From: Podarcis bocagei
Lineage: Eukaryota
Length of the DNA: 64,000 nucleotides
Assembly (NCBI GenBank): GCA_964188305.1
Contig: OZ076889.1
Reading direction: 5' to 3' (one strand)
Each line of letters opens with the position of its first letter. Position 1 is the first letter of the stretch. A model generated the notes under the pieces. It was given only the letters and a program-made list of their open reading frames with translations, had not been told where the DNA came from and did not search any database. A program made the translations under genes and the position numbers. Below are positions 60,361-64,000 of this stretch, in pieces.

Positions 60361-62104
60361 TTGTGGAGGAGATGCCTGGCCTATAAGCTAATAATTCAGA
60401 ATCCTGCCTGCTCTGTTCTAAGACTGCTTTGCCAGAGGCAATCTCACACAATCTCTTGAAGACACAGTAGGCTCTGCTGCTGTCCTTGTCCTGAACATCA
60501 CACTGCTCCCCAGCTCCCACACCCCAGCCAAGCAATAGGTACATACTGTAAAAAGGCTTCCACAAGAACAGGATTCCAGACTGTATACAAGTCATGCATG
60601 GTTTCTCTGCTGCATATGTCCACATTCAATGTGTGGACACCAGGGAGTGGGACTGCAGAGCCATGTGATATTGGAGGACAGGGCCAACAAAAGGCCTTGC
60701 TACCTCTTCAACAAGTGGAGTCCCCTTCATGCAGGTTAATGCATCAAGGAAGTTCTAGACATCACAGATAGGTAAAACAGACAGACAGAAGTAAGTTTGC
60801 ATAGACATTCTCAAACACCATTAAGCCTCAGGTTTTTTCCTCATGGTGATAAGCTTACAGGGTGGGCTTCCTGGCCATCCCTCATGCTCAAGCTCTTCTC
60901 ACACAAACAAAAACAAACACACTTTACTCAGTTTAGAGGACAAGGCTTCCACAGGCAGGTTTGAACTGAGATGGCCTTTTTCATCATACAGATATACTGA
61001 ACTATGTTCTTTCAACAGAGAGGATTCATATTAGGCTAGCAGTCCCATATATGTTGCCCCTGTAATTTATCATACAAATGTTTGTGTGTTGTAGCCACAT
61101 AGGAGGACGAGGATCGGTCATGGCTACTTTCTCAGTGCTGAATGATTTCTAAGTTATTTGCAAAACGTCAGCATAAGTGCTGGTTTGGAAAGGGCAGACC
61201 AGGGACCACATACTTTTCCTGATATCCTCCAATGTGAGTGTGTGGTGTACGGGGAAGGCCATATCTGAGCTCCACAAAGCTACGCCCTCTGGTGTCTCTT
61301 CATGTCTGATTCTGTGGCTACGAAACAAGAGAAAGGGAACAGGAGTGTGCAGAGCTATCTTTCTCTCTGTGATCTCATGCCTTCAGGCAATCAGTTAACC
61401 CAAGCGCCATCTCCCCCTCCCTCCTCCATGTAAAATAATGCTCAACAAAGCTGGGTGGGCGCAGGGCGGCATTGCAGCAGTATGTCAAACAGAAGGACAT
61501 TTTCCTTCTATCTCAGCTGCTGCCCCAGGGTACATTCCACCTACATTCAATCTTTACTCCACTACACATGTTTCCTCTCCAGCCTGGGATTATTTTTTAT
61601 CATCAAATTACTGTAGCGATAAGATAGACTCGATGTGATAGCCAGCAGAGGCCCCCGACCTCATTGCCTTCCCCCAGCCCGGCATCACCCACCATGCCTG
61701 CACCGCAAACAGGCAGAGTGCTTTATTCAAATGTCATCAGGGGGTGAAGATACGCCCGTTGGCTGCCTTATTCACTGGCTGAGACCAAACAGCATATGAC
61801 AGCAAACGCCTGGGAAAAGGAGGTGGCTGTTAGCAAGTTAGCTAGGTTTTGCCAAGGCCTTTGTGGGGCAGCAGGGAACTTTCACACACTCACACTTTTA
61901 GCACAAATGTAGCTGGAGCTGCAAAAATGATACAGGCAGAGGTGCAGGGCGACAGGAGAGACGAGCAGTTACTGTTTAAGGGCAATATTCAGTAAAGGCT
62001 AGATACCAACAGCCAGTTTGTTCCACCCATCTGTGCATTTCTATACTAACAATGCTAGCAACAGGGGACACTTGTGGCCTAGTCTTCTGCTAATAGCAGC
62101 CATC

Positions 62105-62315
62105 GCAGCATGGTGGCTAAGAGAGAGAGTGACAAATCAGGATACCCTTGGTTCAAATCTTGCCTCTGCCATGGTCTCACCAGATGGCCTCTGGCTAGCC
62201 ACTCTCTCTTAGCCTCAGACCCCCAACAATCTACAAAATGATAATACTGACAGACATTATACTGGGGCCGTTGTAAGGATTACTATTAGACAATACACGT
62301 GAAGTGCTTTGACAA
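62105..62315 (+). mobile_element. MIR-like CORE-SINE
   Basis: ggttcaaatcttgcctctgcca...ttagcctcag...atctacaaaatg...gttgtaaggatta...aatacacgtgaagtgctttg follows the MIR layout. Confidence 0.75.
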
Positions 62316-63396
62316 CACGCTTGCTAAAGGCCGAACTAGATAGACATGAGGTTGATGGCATGATTGAAATTAACATGTATTGTCTTAAAAAATAAAATAG
62401 TTGCCAATTGAGAGACCTGAGGGACGGGGGCTGGTTACTCCCCCCCCCCCATACATTGGTCCTGATGAAACTTCTCCTCGCCCCCACAAACCACTATTTA
62501 CTCCAGGAGGGAAGTTTCATTTGCTGTCACTTGAAGCTTCCTTTTCAAGGCAAGCAACAGCTTAAAAAGCAAGGGGAGGATTTCAGTGAGATCAGAGTAG
62601 GGGGAAGGGTTAATCCTGACTGTCAGGGGACTGCCACTGAAACAGGGGAGGGAGGCAGGAGGGATACAGAGAGCCTCCAAAACTCCTGAGGAGCAGTTCC
62701 TCTTCCAGCGTGGGAAAAGCCATACCTCCAGTGGAGAAGAGGGGGAAGGGGCCAGACAAGCAAGGAAAGGGCTCAAGGCTGCTGTGGAGAGCCCCAGTGC
62801 CTCACCTAGCCAGGCTGGCCAGGAGGGAGGCACGCCCCTTCCATCGCCCAGCTTGCGCAGAGGGGTGAAACGCAAGGAGGGGAGGAGGAGGCTTGGGGTG
62901 CCAAAATTCTTATGTTGGGGAAGCAACCGGAAGGGGCCACTCCCGGATTCTGCAAGTGACTGAGACGGACATGAACTTGGTGGATCTGCACTGTAAATAG
63001 TTTGCACAATAAAACCTGTAAAAGCCAGGTTGGAGTCCTGCCTGATTACTCACGAGCAAACACCACCACCATCTGACACTGACAGTTCCCATCCTGATTA
63101 TTTCCCTCAACCACATGGCTACTATTTCTATTTTGTAAAATTAGGCATATTGATTGCAATCACTCTAGGAATGGCATGCCTAGTTTGGCCCCGATGGAGC
63201 CCTAGCTCAAGTAAAGCTGGTTCCCATATAGGGTCCCAGATTTGTTACTCCCCTTTCAAGTGCATTATTTAACAAACTGTATGCCCAGGTTGTCACCTTT
63301 AGTGTCTACTTTTCACTGCAACCTTAGATGGCTAGAAATGTAGCAGCTGGTTGGAGCCAAACAAAGTGTAAAGAAGAGACACACATTCTTAAAAAC

Positions 63397-63415
63397 GTGT
63401 GTGTGTGTGTGTGTG
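63397..63415. repeat. Short (GT)n microsatellite
   Basis: Direct inspection. Confidence 0.9.
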
Positions 63416-64000
63416 ACTCCTGAGCAAACAATAGCTCCCTATCACAATTTCACATGTGCTTAAGGAAGCATGTGTGCCTTTCACACTTCATGTCTGTGCT
63501 ACACAGGAAATACTATGTCCTTACAACAAATGCAGCTGCCATATAAAGTGTGGAGCGTCTCATACAAGGATCTCAGAAAGCTTAAGAAATAGACTAGAAG
63601 AAACCCCTCTAAATGCTTACACAATTGGTTGTGGGGGGGGATAACAAGGAATTGTTGCTGTCTCGCATCATTCAGAGAATCCCAGCACTGGGCCAATTTG
63701 TGTCATGCAAAAACATCATAGGAAATGGTGCCCCACCTGCTGTTTTCAGTCTCACCAGAAGTCTCACTATTCATCCTTGACTGAGCAACCCAAGAGGCTC
63801 AAGTAAGGCAAATGACAGGTAGGGGATCCAAAACAGATGGAAGGATCCACCTGTGCTTGCAGAGCCAAGGAAACTCAGTCAGGCCTTTGTGATGAATCTC
63901 CTCTGCTTCTTGTTTACTCCAACCCCTTCTCTGAACAACTGCCTGCCCAGCTGCATGTCAGGGCACTCCCTCTAATCCCTATTAATTTAAGCAATGCTGG

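Overview
Vertebrate genomic DNA, almost certainly a squamate reptile and most likely a lacertid lizard (inferred from the Sauria-type SINE head and squamate L2/CR1/SINE/MITE content). The window holds the last six coding exons of DMAP1 (+ strand, 1544-25074, canonical GT-AG sites with consistent phases). Convergent with it is the terminal coding exon and 3' UTR of ERI3 (- strand, CDS 30291-30373, AATAAA at 29732-29737). Everything to the right of 30373 appears to be one long ERI3 intron (>33 kb), containing a 140-N assembly gap. The non-coding DNA mixes TE relics (L2, CR1, one L1-like insertion with a 16-bp TSD, tRNA/MIR-like SINEs, hAT and Tc1/mariner-type MITEs) with many repeat-free, CpG-retaining, homeodomain-motif-dense blocks that look like conserved enhancers. 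Apart from the DMAP1 and LINE-derived ones, the ORFs in the track look spurious. There is no prokaryote-type system here. The most promising unexplained signal is in the 12.1-kb DMAP1 intron (7213-19343). It contains two frame-preserving micro-exon candidates (12 nt WGAK, 24 nt LPVLLAAE) and a 44-nt cassette whose inclusion creates an immediate stop (poison/NMD exon candidate). These are motif-based predictions and need RNA-seq and conservation tests.
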